A stretch of DNA of 63,741 nt, filler included, from Octopus bimaculoides (GCF_001194135.2; 6 parts of 5 records of this genome joined end to end with filler, not necessarily neighbours in it); one strand, 5' to 3'; counted from the first letter of the whole stretch, positions 24,760 to 38,634 are shown. The notes: generated from the sequence alone by a model not told the origin. Translations and numbers: made by a program.

Positions 24760-26852
24760 CGGACGGATGGATAGATGTATAAGATAGATACAGATAGATA
24801 GATAGATGGATAGATAGACAGACAGACAGACAGATAGATAGATAGATATAAGCCATCCTTTAAAATGTAGAAAGCCGTTTTTGTATTTAGAATCTCTAAT
24901 TCAGTGACGAAGCTTAACACTATCATTCACAAGTTAATTTCTCTGCTAAATTTAAGAAAGTTAAAATTTCTTTATGGACCTTCTGATATGTTTGTGGCGA
25001 ATATATCGCAATCACTAAATCATTGTTTATTCTGAAACTTTGGCGATTTGACAGTGTTTTGCGCTGTTCGTACATAAAATTAACTCTCGACGTGAGACCA
25101 ACAAATGACATTTTTACACACCTTATTCTTTTAACACCCATTTAATTATTGATAAATTTGTAGCATCATACGTTCGAAGGTTCTTAAGGAATCATCTTTT
25201 GAAATTAGCTTCCCATACTCTGTCTGATGTGCTCATTCAACATTTCTGTAATCCCACCATAATTTTTTTTTTTTTTTTTTGAGGGTACGGGGTATAACTT
25301 TAAAATTACCCTGTCGCTCACATTTTTCGTTTTGCAAGTGTTTCGGGATCCCGGGTATTTCCCGCATTAGATCTCAAGAGTTTGCCCTAACGACATACTT
25401 TGTGCTACTGTAACTGAGTGTCAGACGTCTACGTGCAGGAGGAATGCTGGAAAATAAAAAATGCTTTGTGGTTAACGCAAAGAAAGTCCTACTTATATTT
25501 GACATCATACTCTAATTAAATGACTAAAAGGATAATTCGTTTAATCGATACTTCTTCTGGTGTTCAAAGCAGTATGGTTATGTAGCTTATTTTCTGTTAA
25601 CTTAAATGGAGTGAAGACTGAAACTCTAAGTTTGAAAAAGACATGAGCTGAGTGAATGATATTGTTTCAATCATTTCAGCAAATACAGTGACATCTTCGA
25701 ACATATTTTTTCTTGTTAGACATCACCGGTGAATCAAATTCCCCACAGTACCTGCCAAAACACTGTACAATATTTTTACACGTTCGGATGTGAGCAATTA
25801 TTTATTTAGCATCACATCTGCATAACTACATGTCTAGCATTGTGTATAGTAGTGTATTTTCTTTAGTTTCCAAAAGTGACTGTAAATGCTGAGAAATTTC
25901 TAATCCAAATCGTAAATGGAGACTTGGTAGCCGATATGGAGATTTGTAAGAAACTTAACAGTGTTGTTAGCTGAAAAGGAGTTTAGAAAATATTGTAGAA
26001 AGGTTTTATGATGTTTGCTTCGTGATAGAGAGACGTAACAACAATAACAGTTATAGCAAACAACAATAGGCAGGCCAAGAGACATCAAGAATTTTGTTAG
26101 GTATTCACTACTTTGTTTGCGGAGATGGGATTAAGATAGATATATATGGCGCAAACAACATCATAAGTGTTGGTGGAGGTGGTGAAAGAGGAGGACTTAA
26201 AAAAAGCAACTGCTTTAAGAGGCTTTTATGGCTTGTCCTAAAATAAAAGAGATAGAGATAGAGAAAGAATGTTGGACCCAGATCATTTGCAGTAGAAGAT
26301 CAAATGATTGTTGTGTCAATAGCCGACGTTTATCTCTCCGACATAAAATATTCTATGTTCCTTGATGAGACGAATGAATATGCTGTCGTGGCTACAATAT
26401 TTGATACAATGAATTCTTCTGCTTTCTTTTCTATCTCGTTTTTTATACATATACCGTTTAAGTAGATTCTAAGTGGATTCATATTTTTTGTAAGTAGAAT
26501 TCTCAGAGGATATTCCCTTAAAATATTCAAATATTCTTATCTTGAAATTGTTTGTTGCATCATTATTTTTTAAATGCATTTCCATTAAACAAGCTCACGC
26601 ATACACACCAATGCAAATTTGTCTGTTTTATCTTTTTCTATTGTATCTATAACAACATAGAGAAGCCTCAAACAGTTGTTCAAACTACTAAAAGTACTAG
26701 TCGAATTTCCCTCAAAGCACATTCTATCATTTTAAATAATGAACGATACATTAGACAATGTTTCTCTCTGTCTCTGTCTCTCCCTCTCGCTCCCTCTCGC
26801 TCCACACACGCACACGCACACACACACACACACACACATAGCTATTCACACA

Positions 26853-27010
26853 GGTTTGGCTATGTGATAAGAAGATTCTTTCACAACCACATGCTTCTGG
26901 GTTCAGTCCCACTGCGTAGTACCTTGAGTAAGTGTCTTCTACTATAGCCTCGGGCTGACCAAAACCTTTGAGTAAATTTGATAGACGGAACCTAAGCGAA
27001 GCCCGTCGTA
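26853..27010 (+). mobile_element. tRNA-derived SINE 5' half (bipartite family)
   Basis: GGTTCAGTCCC B-box, GAGTAAGTGTCTTCTACTATAGCC, ending GCCCGTCGTATTTATATA; homologous to 59985-60145. Confidence 0.82.
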
Positions 27011-27379
27011 TTTATATATATATTATATATATANNNNNNNNNNNNNNNNNNNNNNNNNNNNNNNNNNNNNNNNNNNNNNNNNNNNNNNNNNNNNNNNNNN
27101 NNNNNNNNNNNNNNNNNNNNNNNNNNNNNNNNNNNNNNNNNNNNNNNNNNNNNNNNNNNNNNNNNNNNNNNNNNNNNNNNNNNNNNNNNNNNNNNNNNNN
27201 NNNNNNNNNNNNNNNNNNNNNNNNNNNNNNNNNNNNNNNNNNNNNNNNNNNNNNNNNNNNNNNNNNNNNNNNNNNNNNNNNNNNNNNNNNNNNNNNNNNN
27301 NNNNNNNNNNNNNNNNNNNNNNNNNNNNNNNNNNNNNNNNNNNNNNNNNNNNNNNNNNNNNNNNNNNNNNNNNNNNNNN

Positions 27380-27670
27380 TGCCGAACCGCTAGTTGACGT
27401 GGACGTAAACACACCAACATCGGTTGTCAAGCGATGCTGGGTGAGAAACAGAGATACAAATAATAAATACATACATGTGTATATATGTATATGTATGTAT
27501 GTATATACGACAGGTTTCTTTCAGTTTCCGTCTACCAAATCCACTCACAAGATTTTGGTCGGCCCGAAGCTATAGCAGAAGACACTTGCCCAAGGTGCCA
27601 CGCAGTGGGACTGAGCCCGAAACCATGTGGTTGGGGAGCTAGCTTCTTACGACACAACCACGCCTGCGTC
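27380..27670 (-). mobile_element. Bipartite SINE: 5' half, internal TA/TG microsatellite, start of 3' half
   Basis: Reverse complement matches 59985-60145 and 60530-60605. Confidence 0.85.
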
Positions 27671-27744
27671 TATGCAACGCCTGCACCTATATCGCGCCTG
27701 CGCCTATATATATATATGTGTGTATGTGTGTGTGTGTGCTTTTT

Positions 27745-27925
27745 GTTCTCTTTCGTGTTTCTACCCCAACAGTCGCTTGTGTAGTTGTGTTTGCGTTCCC
27801 GTATTCTAGTGGTTCGACAAAAAGTGACCGATAGAATAAGTACTATAAGATTAATTTTTTCGACTAAAAAACCCTTTTAGGTGGTGCAGCCAAATGACTG
27901 AAACATTTAAAAGAATAGAAGAAGA
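27745..27925 (+). mobile_element. Bipartite SINE 3' half, diverged
   Basis: GACCGATAGAATAAGTACT and CAAATGACTGAAACA match 60530-60735. Confidence 0.65.
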
Positions 27926-28411
27926 GAAGAATACACACACATACATGTGCGTGTGTGTGTGTGAACGATGTTTAGCAAGTCGAAACCTCTGAGTCGCTTT
28001 GAACTCTCTTGTAAAATTTCATAAAAGCATACTCTAGTCAAAGTAATGTTAAATATGCTATGTATAACTTGACATAAAAGACCAAGATTTCATATACATA
28101 TATGTGTGTGTATTTATATATATTATGTACACACACATGCACGCACACACATATATTTATGTATACATATATAGATATATGGGTTATATATTTATATATA
28201 TATGTGTGTGTGAGTGTGTGTGTGTGTGTGTATACACGCATATACAGACAAAAGTAGATGTATATAAACCCTGAAACTCCTCTGATTATATATATATAGA
28301 GATAGATATAGATATATTGATAGAAAAGGTAAGACAACAAAAGAAAGAAAGAGACCTCGATATTATGTAAATAGAGGAATTTATCTGTAAAAATATGTGA
28401 CACGTATTCGG

Positions 28412-28485
28412 TAGCCATGATAAAACTCCGAGTTTCGGATGCCGGGGTGGAAACCCACGCGGCCACCTCTTCAGTTATCCGGCCA
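28412..28485 (-). ncRNA. Type-I hammerhead ribozyme candidate with complete core
   Basis: Minus strand UGGCCGGAUAA-CUGAAGA-GGUGGCCGCGUGGGUUUCCACCCCGGCAUCC-GAAA-CUCGGAG-UU-UUAUCAUGGCUA. Core at 28474-28468 and 28436-28433, G10.1-C11.1 present, GUU triplet 28426-28424, and all three stems pair. Confidence 0.75.
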
Positions 28486-28707
28486 TTGAAAATTCCTGTG
28501 AAGTATGACTGTTAAACAAAGGGAAATTACCGTTTGGTTGACCGTTATTAAGTAAGACAAAAGAGCTATAGACCCCTAAGTAAAAGTAAGGGAGTAAAAA
28601 AGTCTATAGCGTTCGCGTAAGTGCACCAGTCCATACATACACATGCGCGCCCGCACACCCACGTACACACACACACACACACACACACATATATTTACGT
28701 ATATGTG

Positions 28708-28808
<101 letters not shown>

Positions 28809-31786
28809 CCCTATGCATATACATATAGTAGCAGCACATATGTAGGTAAATCTGTCTATGTATATTTATATATACATACGCGCACACGCTACATACAAAT
28901 ATGTGGTATATGGGCTTCTTTCCATACATACACATATATAGACAATTTAATTTGTTACATACTTATGGTGAATAAATTTGTTCTTTGGCACATGCTGTTA
29001 TATAAAACGAATACTTCTGGAATCATTTCTGAAATAATAAATAATGCAAATAAATAAATATATTTATATCTTAAGAAAATAAGTAGCAAAATAAAAAAAT
29101 AATAATAGTGTAGTAACAAAAGAAAAAATCCTGTACCAGCAAAACTGGAGCAAATGAATGCGAAATAATGACATGAATAGAATACATTCATATTTCTGTA
29201 GGGAATATTGACAGCAGTTCCAACTATGTAAGCGATAGTAAATGTAGAGTAATTAGCGGTAAAAATATAGAGGTGGAAGATTTGTGTATAGACATAATGT
29301 CGTTATTGTCAAGAATGGTGAGATAGCTTGATAGTAAAAACAGAATGAGAGGAATTAATAAACCGGTGAAGCAGATAAACACGTGTGCTAGTGTAGTGGG
29401 GCATATATGCGGCGTGTATGCATGTTTGCGATATATGCATATATACGAATATATGTTTGTGTGTGTGTGTGTGATTCGATGAATATGTGTGTGTGTGTGT
29501 ACATGTGTGTATATGTACAATCAAAGCTTTCTTTATTCATCTTCGTATTTTTTTCCATTGTGTTAGTAAATATTAGTATTCACCGCACCATACCTTTCTC
29601 CATTCGTCTGCGCAACTGACCTTGTTTATCAACGTCTATAGGAGTGTTTGACCTACCATTTTTCTTGAAACATCTCCATCTTATAGTGTTTCTAGATACT
29701 TCTTTTTTTTTTTCTTCCACCATCTCCCTGTCTCACAAATGTGCACATATCTATACATGTTCTCAGGTACTGAAACAGACACATTCACACACCCCGGTAT
29801 ATTTGTATATGTATATACAAATGCACATATATACACACACACACAGATGTGTGTATGCATATATATCTGTATATATATGTATATATATATATATATATNN
29901 NNNNNNNNNNNNNNNNNNNNNNNNNNNNNNNNNNNNNNNNNNNNNNNNNNNNNNNNNNNNNNNNNNNNNNNNNNNNNNNNNNNNNNNNNNNNNNNNNNNN
30001 NNNNNNNNNNNNNNNNNNNNNNNNNNNNNNNNNNNNNNNNNNNNNNNNNNNNNNNNNNNNNNNNNNNNNNNNNNNNNNNNNNNNNNNNNNNNNNNNNNNN
30101 NNNNNNNNNNNNNNNNNNNNNNNNNNNNNNNNNNNNNNNNNNNNNNNNNNNNNNNNNNNNNNNNNNNNNNNNNNNNNNNNNNNNNNNNNNNNNNNNNNNN
30201 NNNNNNNNNNNNTATATATACATATACACATGCATATACCTATGTATGTTTACCCTTGAAGTTGTTAACATACATTTGAAAACAAGCAATATGGAATTTG
30301 AATTTGAACGTCTCAGATAAATAGTTAATTTATATGTGTATATGTATTTAAGTATGTATGTATGTATCTATCAATCTATTCATTTATCAATGTAGATAGA
30401 CTGGTATGTCGGTAAGTTTTTTTTTTTTTTTGTGCATTTATAAATATATGTGTACTCAGACACACATATACAATCCCATTCGTTACTCTCTCTCTCTCAA
30501 TATTTTACATTTATCTATCTACCTTTCCCTCCGCATGTCTGTATGTCTTTGTATGTATCAGTCTATCTTTCTGTCTGTATGTCTGTCTACCTATCTACCC
30601 ATCTGATGGGTTGTTTTTTTTACTTTGTTTTCGTCCCCCTCGAAAAAAAGAAAAACTCTACATTGTATTTGTCCCATCTGTGTTCAGCCCTGTGTGGCTA
30701 ATAAAGAAAGTTATCTACTCAACCACCTCCCTATCTGTCTCTTTGCTTCTCTATCTATCCTTCCTTTCAGAAGCCTTTCACTGTTGCATATACTATATCT
30801 GTCAATTTATCCGTCTTTTTTTCTTTCTCTCCATCACTATCTTTTCCTTCACCGTTTCTAAAACACATGCAATGTTATTTTCATTCTTTTTCTTTTTTTT
30901 CCTTTTAAAAATTTCCAATAATATATAAAGTTTTCGTGTTAACTGAGGTGTATAAAAAGTTGCAAGACAATAAATTTCTCAATTACCTAAAATCTAATAT
31001 CCTTTAAGATCAATAAACCTTGTTTACCTAACGTGGCCATTTTCTTGCCAAACGTTCTTAATTCTAGGAAAACTTTGATATTTATCAAGTCGATAGCGTG
31101 GTTATTTTGCTTTACTTTTTCAGATTTTATACATATATATATATTTATTTTATATTTGCTTTCACTTTCTAGATACTTGCTTTCTCTATTTTGTCTTTTA
31201 TATCTTGTGTTTGGATGCCCACAATGAGTGTATATGTAGGTAAGCGTGATGTAGGTGTATACGTACATATATTTAACCTCCACCACACTTATATATGTAT
31301 ATGCTGTGTGTATATGTATATATATATATATATATATCAAGAAGATGTGCTGTAATACTATTCCACAACCATACGAAACATCAAGCATACCTCCATCATC
31401 AGCTGCCCCACGGATATTATTATGGTTTCGATATCTGGGCAGTACCATTTAATCTGGCGGTGTCAACAACACTAAAATTAGTGTTGTTTGGAAACAAAGA
31501 AACCAAAGAAACCGCAACTTCCAAATGCTTTTACCCAATTTACAACCGTATCGATAAACAAATTCCATAAGTAAATTACAACCAACTCCTAAATACGTAA
31601 CTAAATATCGACAACTTAAGTCATACAGAATTATGATCCCTACCGTCTTCCGTAGTATAATATAAAAGTAAAAGCTTAATAACCACGCGCAAACACACAC
31701 ATACATATACATATATATATACACATACACACACACAAGCACACATACAAACACACACACGTACATATATATATGGATCAAAACGG

Positions 31787-31917
31787 TTTGATTCAAATTT
31801 GCTGGTAATTCCGAGTTTCAAAGTGTGATGCTAATCCTCTGCCATTGCAAATTTGAATTTTCATTGGCTGAAAGTCAGCGTCGTGCTTTGAATCTCGGAG
31901 TACAAACGAATCCAAAT
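31787..31917. repeat. Long imperfect palindrome (MITE-like or structured RNA)
   Basis: Arms 31811-31832 and 31877-31898 pair 21 of 22 including G-U, with further inner and outer pairing. Confidence 0.6.
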
Positions 31918-34900
31918 CAANNNNNNNNNNNNNNNNNNNNNNNNNNNNNNNNNNNNNNNNNNNNNNNNNNNNNNNNNNNNNNNNNNNNNNNNNNNNNNNN
32001 NNNNNNNNNNNNNNNNNNNNNNNNNNNNNNNNNNNNNNNNNNNNNNNNNNNNNNNNNNNNNNNNNNNNNNNNNNNNNNNNNNNNNNNNNNNNNNNNNNNN
32101 NNNNNNNNNNNNNNNNNNNNNNNNNNATATATATATATATACTAGACGCAATAAAAAAGCACAAAGAAAAAATTCATTTGTCACTATTAGTGGTTGCGAC
32201 TGCAGGGGTGGCACGTATATTGCTAGAGACCAGAATCATCCATCGATTCATATGGTAAATACTATATACTGAATGGTAGGAGTTAGCTTAACCATCAACG
32301 ATGGAGTGATCACTACTGATGAGCTTTAATTCCAAGTGGAGCTAGCTTACTGGTGTAGTGATCTCGCTCGCTGTGGGGCGGTTATCTCCCCTGTCAGTAC
32401 TTAGGCAATGTGGGTCTGTGTATTAAACGATCGAGTCCGAATCATTGTCAGCTTTTCACGTTTAAATTTTGTATTTTTTATAATTTTACGATATTACAAT
32501 ATTAGAAATATGTTCATGTTTTAAAACAATTTTTAGATAATCGTTTCTGCAGTGGCATTATCAGCAAAAAGCTAATCTTCCTCACACTTGACAACTGCAA
32601 TGAAATGTTTGAATTTTTCCCTTTAATTGATGAACTTGGTAACACACTTGACATTAGCCACTGGGTATTCATGCATGCAATTTAAACAGACACCAATACA
32701 GTTTCCGGTTACAATCAGATGTTGAAAGACATCTCATCTGAAAACCGTAGTCTCGTCTTAAATATTTTAAAATGCAATTACGTGCAAATTCAAACTCATA
32801 AGGCTGTTCATCTTACTACATCTTTTGTGTAAAATTGAATTCAAATCATTATTTCATATCGTTATTCTTCAAAATATTTTTACACAGAGCAGGTTTAAGC
32901 TCCTCAATCAAATAATTCATTTCTCTTCCTCATCTCCTGGTTACAATTGAATCGTAGCCTTTGTAAAACGGGAATATTAAAACGTGCACACACCCCCACG
33001 CACACATACTCAGACACGCACTTATATCTACGCATATATATATATATATATATATATACCTGCACATANNNNNNNNNNCATATATATATATATATATATA
33101 TACCTGCACATACTCACCACTTTATAGTTATATACCCTACCCTTTTAGTTTTATATCTATAGTGATTCCTTGCTTCATTACAATCTCTGCATATAATGCC
33201 ATCTATGTTGCTTTTTTCTTGTCCCCAACCTCGTTTCAGAATATGTTTTTAGCCATTTCTGGTAGGAAGACGTTGAGCTCCTGTTGTACTAAAAATATTA
33301 TAAAATTCTTTTCGTATTAATCTTGAATCATGCGTAGTCTTGTCAAGTATTTTCTGTGCTCAATTTAGGGTGGTGTATTCTAAATTCAGTCAGTGTTTTG
33401 TTGTTTCCTTGTCGAGTTGTACTAAATCACTATTACTTATTACTAGAAAAACTAGAGTAATATTGATTTTCAGCGTTTGCCTTTTTTAAATAATGTCTAT
33501 TGTTGGCTATTATATTTCTCTTCAGCTTTTTCTTTTATTTTTCTTTGTCTTTCAGCCGTTTTTCTTTCAATCTAAATCATTAATGGTATGTTTTTATTTG
33601 ATATTGTAATTAATAATTCTATTATCACAGTTAATGTTATATTTAGTATTAGATGTTTTTAAAATTGTTGTTTTCTAAACAGAATTTCTTTTACAATTCT
33701 TTTTTACGGAATCAGTGAAGTATTTCTATTTGTTCACAACATATGACGTCCAACTTGAGATTATCCATAAGCAGCAAATGGTTGATTATTTTTCCTAAGG
33801 TTCAACTAGGTTAAAGGTGTAAAATAACCATCATAATTTCATTAAATCGTTTCAAAAATTTAGTATTAAATCATTATCGCTCACAAAATATGTTTTGAAA
33901 ATACAAAGCCGTTGATAAATGTTTGAATAAATTCTTGGTACATGATGTTGTCGGCTATGGAATAAATATGGAAGGATAGATTTGCTAGTTTTACAGTTTA
34001 CAAAAGCTTTGTATTCTTTTATTTGATTCACATTTTAATCTCTTCTAAGTAACTTCTGGATGATCAAAGATTCTTGGTTGGGCAATTTGCTAGGCAGCGA
34101 TTTGCTTCTTGGTCGCTCAATGGCTGTTCGACGAATTCTCAAACTATGAATAAACGATCAGTGTTTCTGTGCTGTTTGGAGTATAGCAGTTATTTCATGC
34201 AACTTCAGATTTTAACTTTGGCATATTACCGATTAAATTGATTCCACTCCTTAGATATCTTTTATAATCCCAAATGTGCGCGTGTGAGAAAGGAACAAAA
34301 CGTACTATTTCAGTTCAGATCCTAGAAGATATATATATACATAACTGAAAAAGGTATATGCAAAAAAGTTTTAAGTATCACTTTTGATATTTCATATATC
34401 TTATATGGCTTTCAATTCTGGGTAAGTCATGTAGTCTATGAAACATTTACCACTATTTGGTCGGTACTTATTTTGTCGATCTGAGTGTGCGATTGAGAAA
34501 TGAAACTAAGAGTTAAAAGGACATTAACATAATACCTGCGAATTAATTTTCCTCAGCTTGATTCTGTTATATGTCATTAATAAAACATTAATGAAAAATA
34601 CAGTTAAAATATATGAACAGTTGGACCTAAAAATAAGGATCGTTTGTGAATTTAATAGAGGCGCAAAATTGCACAAAAGACAAACCTAATTTAACAAAAA
34701 ATTTGAGAAGAGAAAACAAATCAAAATGGCGAAGGGGACTGAAGCGGAAAAGAAAAGATGGGAATCAGTAAAAGTAATTTATTGGATGTCACATTTTTCA
34801 TTCCCATTTATATGAATATCTACTGTAATGAGAGGTATTATAATAAATACATACTTTTTAAATACACAACACAGATGTATTCTTACATATATGTATGTAT

Positions 34901-36547
34901 TGTATACCAAAGTATATATGTATACACACACATGCATACCTGTATATGATCCCTGTTTATACATATAGAAGATAATGTAGATATAGATAGATAGAAATGA
35001 ATAGAGAGGGAGTGAGAGATAGAGAGAAAGAGAGAGAAAGAGAGAAACCGGTTAGCAGAAGAGCAGGCAGACAGGTAGACTGACAGACGGATAGACAAAC
35101 ACGGACAGATAGAACAGGCAAACAGATAGACAGACAGACAACCAAAGATAGATAGAGAGAGAGAGAGAGAGACAGACAGATTGACAGACAGATACATCTT
35201 AGTGAAACCTCAGTAGCAGTCGAATAAATTCAAAATTCATACCAAACAGAATGAAATGAAAAGTAAACAAACGTCGGGAAGAGCCGAAAGTTCGAGAAAA
35301 CTGAAACATCATTATATGTATAAAGTATTCAATTTCAAAATATTAATATATACACCCGTCAGAATAAAAAATACCCGCGCGCACACATATATGTATAGGC
35401 ATATTTTCGTGTCTCTATTTGTTTTTATATGCATGAATATCATGCATCTTATATTTTATATAACATGTACATATGCATGTATNNNNNNNNNNNNNNNNNN
35501 NNNNNNNNNNNNNNNNNNNNNNNNNNNNNNNNNNNNNNNNNNNNNNNNNNNNNNNNNNNNNNNNNNNNNNNNNNNNNNNNNNNNNNNNNNNNNNNNNNNN
35601 NNNNNNNNNNNNNNNNNNNNNNNNNNNNNNNNNNNNNNNNNNNNNNNNNNNNNNNNNNNNNNNNNNNNNNNNNNNNNNNNNNNNNNNNNNNNNNNNNNNN
35701 NNNNNNNNNNNNNNNNNNNNNNNNNNNNNNNNNNNNNNNNNNNNNNNNNNNNNNNNNNNNNNNNNNNNNNNNNNNNNNNNNNNNNNNNNNNNNNNNNNNN
35801 NNNNNNNNNNNNNNNNNNNNNNNNNNNNNNNNNNNNNNNNNNNNNNNNNNNNNNNNNNNNNNNNNNNNNNNNNNNNNNNNNNNNNNNNNNNNNNNNATAC
35901 ATACATACATAATGGAACTGTAAAGATATGTAAAACTTTCCAAAAATTTAGCACATAAATACATATGCATGCATCTAGACATAAAAACGCATCCATAAAA
36001 CAAACATACAAATGAGCGCATACACTAACACCAAATACCGCACACACACACATATGCACAAATACCTAGATGATGTTGATAAAAGTTCCAATGAAGGAGC
36101 CTTGAATCTATGTTAGAGTCCGGCTCTTTCTCTATGGATAAGAAATACAGAAATGAAACTGATTGATATACATACATAAAAGATAACAGTCACAAACATC
36201 AGTAGATTCTATCTCGTTTGTTCTTCGTACGTATCAAAATGGAAAGGTGGCAACTGTCACGCCCTCTTCGCGTTTCAATTATTGAGCTCCGTTTATGCCA
36301 GTGCATCCAACCGACTCCACACGCACATACATCTCACATACATAGAAAATACACACACACAAACACACACACGCACACGCACACATACACACGCACATGC
36401 ACACATACACACACCTTCAATTTCTCATTATTACAATTCTTACACCCTGCCCGCTATCTCTAACCACCCCACTTTATTTTTGTTCACTTATTCCTTTATT
36501 TCTTTCCCTTACACATCTTCCATCTTCTACCACCACCACCACCGCCG

Positions 36548-36602
<55 letters not shown>

Positions 36603-36607
<5 letters not shown>

Positions 36608-36737
36608 TACTCTTGGCACAAGGCCCGAAAATTTTGGGTTGGTGGCAGTCGATTACATCGACCCGAGTACGCAACTGGTACTTAATTTATCAAACCCCCC
36701 AACCCGAAGGGATGAAACGCAAAGTCGAGCACGGCGG

Positions 36738-36738
<1 letters not shown>
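36603..36738 (-). mobile_element. SINE 3' fragment between (TAC)n tracts
   Basis: Minus strand CTCGACTTTGCGTTTCATCCC..GATAAATTAAGTACCAG..GGGTCGATGTAATCGAC followed by (GTA)n. Confidence 0.65.
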
Positions 36739-36772
<34 letters not shown>

Positions 36773-37029
36773 ACCCTCTCCTACTATTATTTAGTTTCTA
36801 TTTACCCCTAACCCCGTCCACATCATCTCCCTTTTGTTTATTACATGTCTTTGTTATATTCTTTTATTTCATACTTTTTCTTTACGGTGTTTCCATAGTC
36901 TCTCTCACTCTCTCTCCTCTTCTCTTTATCATTATGATTTCAAATCTTAATTTCTCACCATTAGAATTTCAATCCGACTAACACCCTCCCTCTTCTCCCT
37001 CTGTGTCTATCTGTCTTTCTATCTATCTA

Positions 37030-37091
<62 letters not shown>

Positions 37092-38158
37092 NNNNNNNNN
37101 NNNNNNNNNNNNNNNNNNNNNNNNNNNNNNNNNNNNNNNNNNNNNNNNNNNNNNNNNNNNNNNNNNNNNNNNNNNNNNNNNNNNNNNNNNNNNNNNNNNN
37201 NNNNNNNNNNNNNNNNNNNNNNNNNNNNNNNNNNNNNNNNNNNNNNNNNNNNNNNNNNNNNNNNNNNNNNNNNNNNNNNNNNNNNNNNNNNNNNNNNNNN
37301 NNNNNNNNNNNNNNNNNNNNNNNNNNNNNNNNNNNNNNNNNNNNNNNNNNNNNNNNNNNNNNNNNNNNNNNNNNNNNNNNNNNNNNNNNNNNNNNNNNNN
37401 NNNNNNNNNNNNNNNNNNNNNNNNNNNNNNNNNNNNNNNNNNNNNNNNNNNNNNNNNNNNNNNNNNNNNNNNNNNNNNNNNNNNNNNNNNNNNNNNNNNN
37501 NNNNNNNNNNNNNNNNNNNNNNNNNNNNNNNNNNNNNNNNNNNNNNNNNNNNNNNNNNNNNNNNNNNNNNNNNNNNNNNNNNNNNNNNNNNNNNNNNNNN
37601 NNNNNNNNNNNNNNNNNNNNNNNNNNNNNNNNNNNNNNNNNNNNNNNNNNNNNNNNNNNNNNNNNNNNNNNNNNTCTCTCTCTCTCTCTCTCTCTCTTTA
37701 TATATAGATATGAGTCCCTTTTCAGCTCATTTTTGTTCCCAAGCATCCTTGGTTCGCTTTTTTCCCCTCACAACAGCTACCTTATCTTATAATTTTATCT
37801 ATTCACTTATTTCATTGTGTTTACATCATTTTCTCTCTTATGCTCCATCTAACATCATTTCCATCTTTATCGTCACCTCAAATTTAACTTGTGTCTATTC
37901 TACTCCCATTTCTGTCCTCTGTCCTATCTGTCTCCATCTCACTTTCCCTCGTCCCTTCTTTTCTCTCTATCTCTATCCACCCACTATTATTCCGATCCTC
38001 TCATCTGTATATCGCTGGGTATTGTCGAAGCTGTCACTCAGAACCATTTTCGACATTTTTTTTTCTGCGGGTTTCCTTCTACCAACATATGCACATGTTT
38101 GAATGTTTGTGTATGAACCTGCGTATGAGTTTATGCGTGTCTGTGTAATTGTATGTAC

Positions 38159-38203
38159 CTGTGAGCCCATATCCACATGCACTGACACACATTCATAGAC
38201 ACA

Positions 38204-38242
<39 letters not shown>

Positions 38243-38286
38243 TATATATATATAGACATAAGATATGTATATATATATTATATACG

Positions 38287-38331
<45 letters not shown>

Positions 38332-38397
38332 GTACTATATATATATATGTACGTATATATATGTGTGTGTGTGTATGTGTGTATATGCGTGTGTGTG

Positions 38398-38481
<84 letters not shown>

Positions 38482-38524
38482 CGTATATAAATATATATAT
38501 ACATATCTTATGTCTATATATATA

Positions 38525-38589
<65 letters not shown>

Positions 38590-38634
38590 TGTGTCTATGA
38601 ATGTGTGTCAGTGCATGTGGATATGGGCTCACAG
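38159..38634. repeat. Fold-back inverted duplication centred on (TA)n
   Basis: CTGTGAGCCCATATCCACATGCACTGACACACATTCATAGACACAATACA at 38159 is exactly reverse-complemented, ending at 38634. The inversion continues through CA/TA repeats and GACATAAGATATG. No gap inside. Confidence 0.9.

Noticed and set aside
25620-25765. Minus-strand frame GRYCGEFDSPVMS.. resembling a CUB-domain exon
   Set aside because: The similarity is a few residues only, the acceptor is poor, and the rest of the CUB pattern is absent.
33180-34260. AT-rich region with short coding-looking minus-strand peptides
   Set aside because: Frequent stops and no diagnostic transposase or RT motif.
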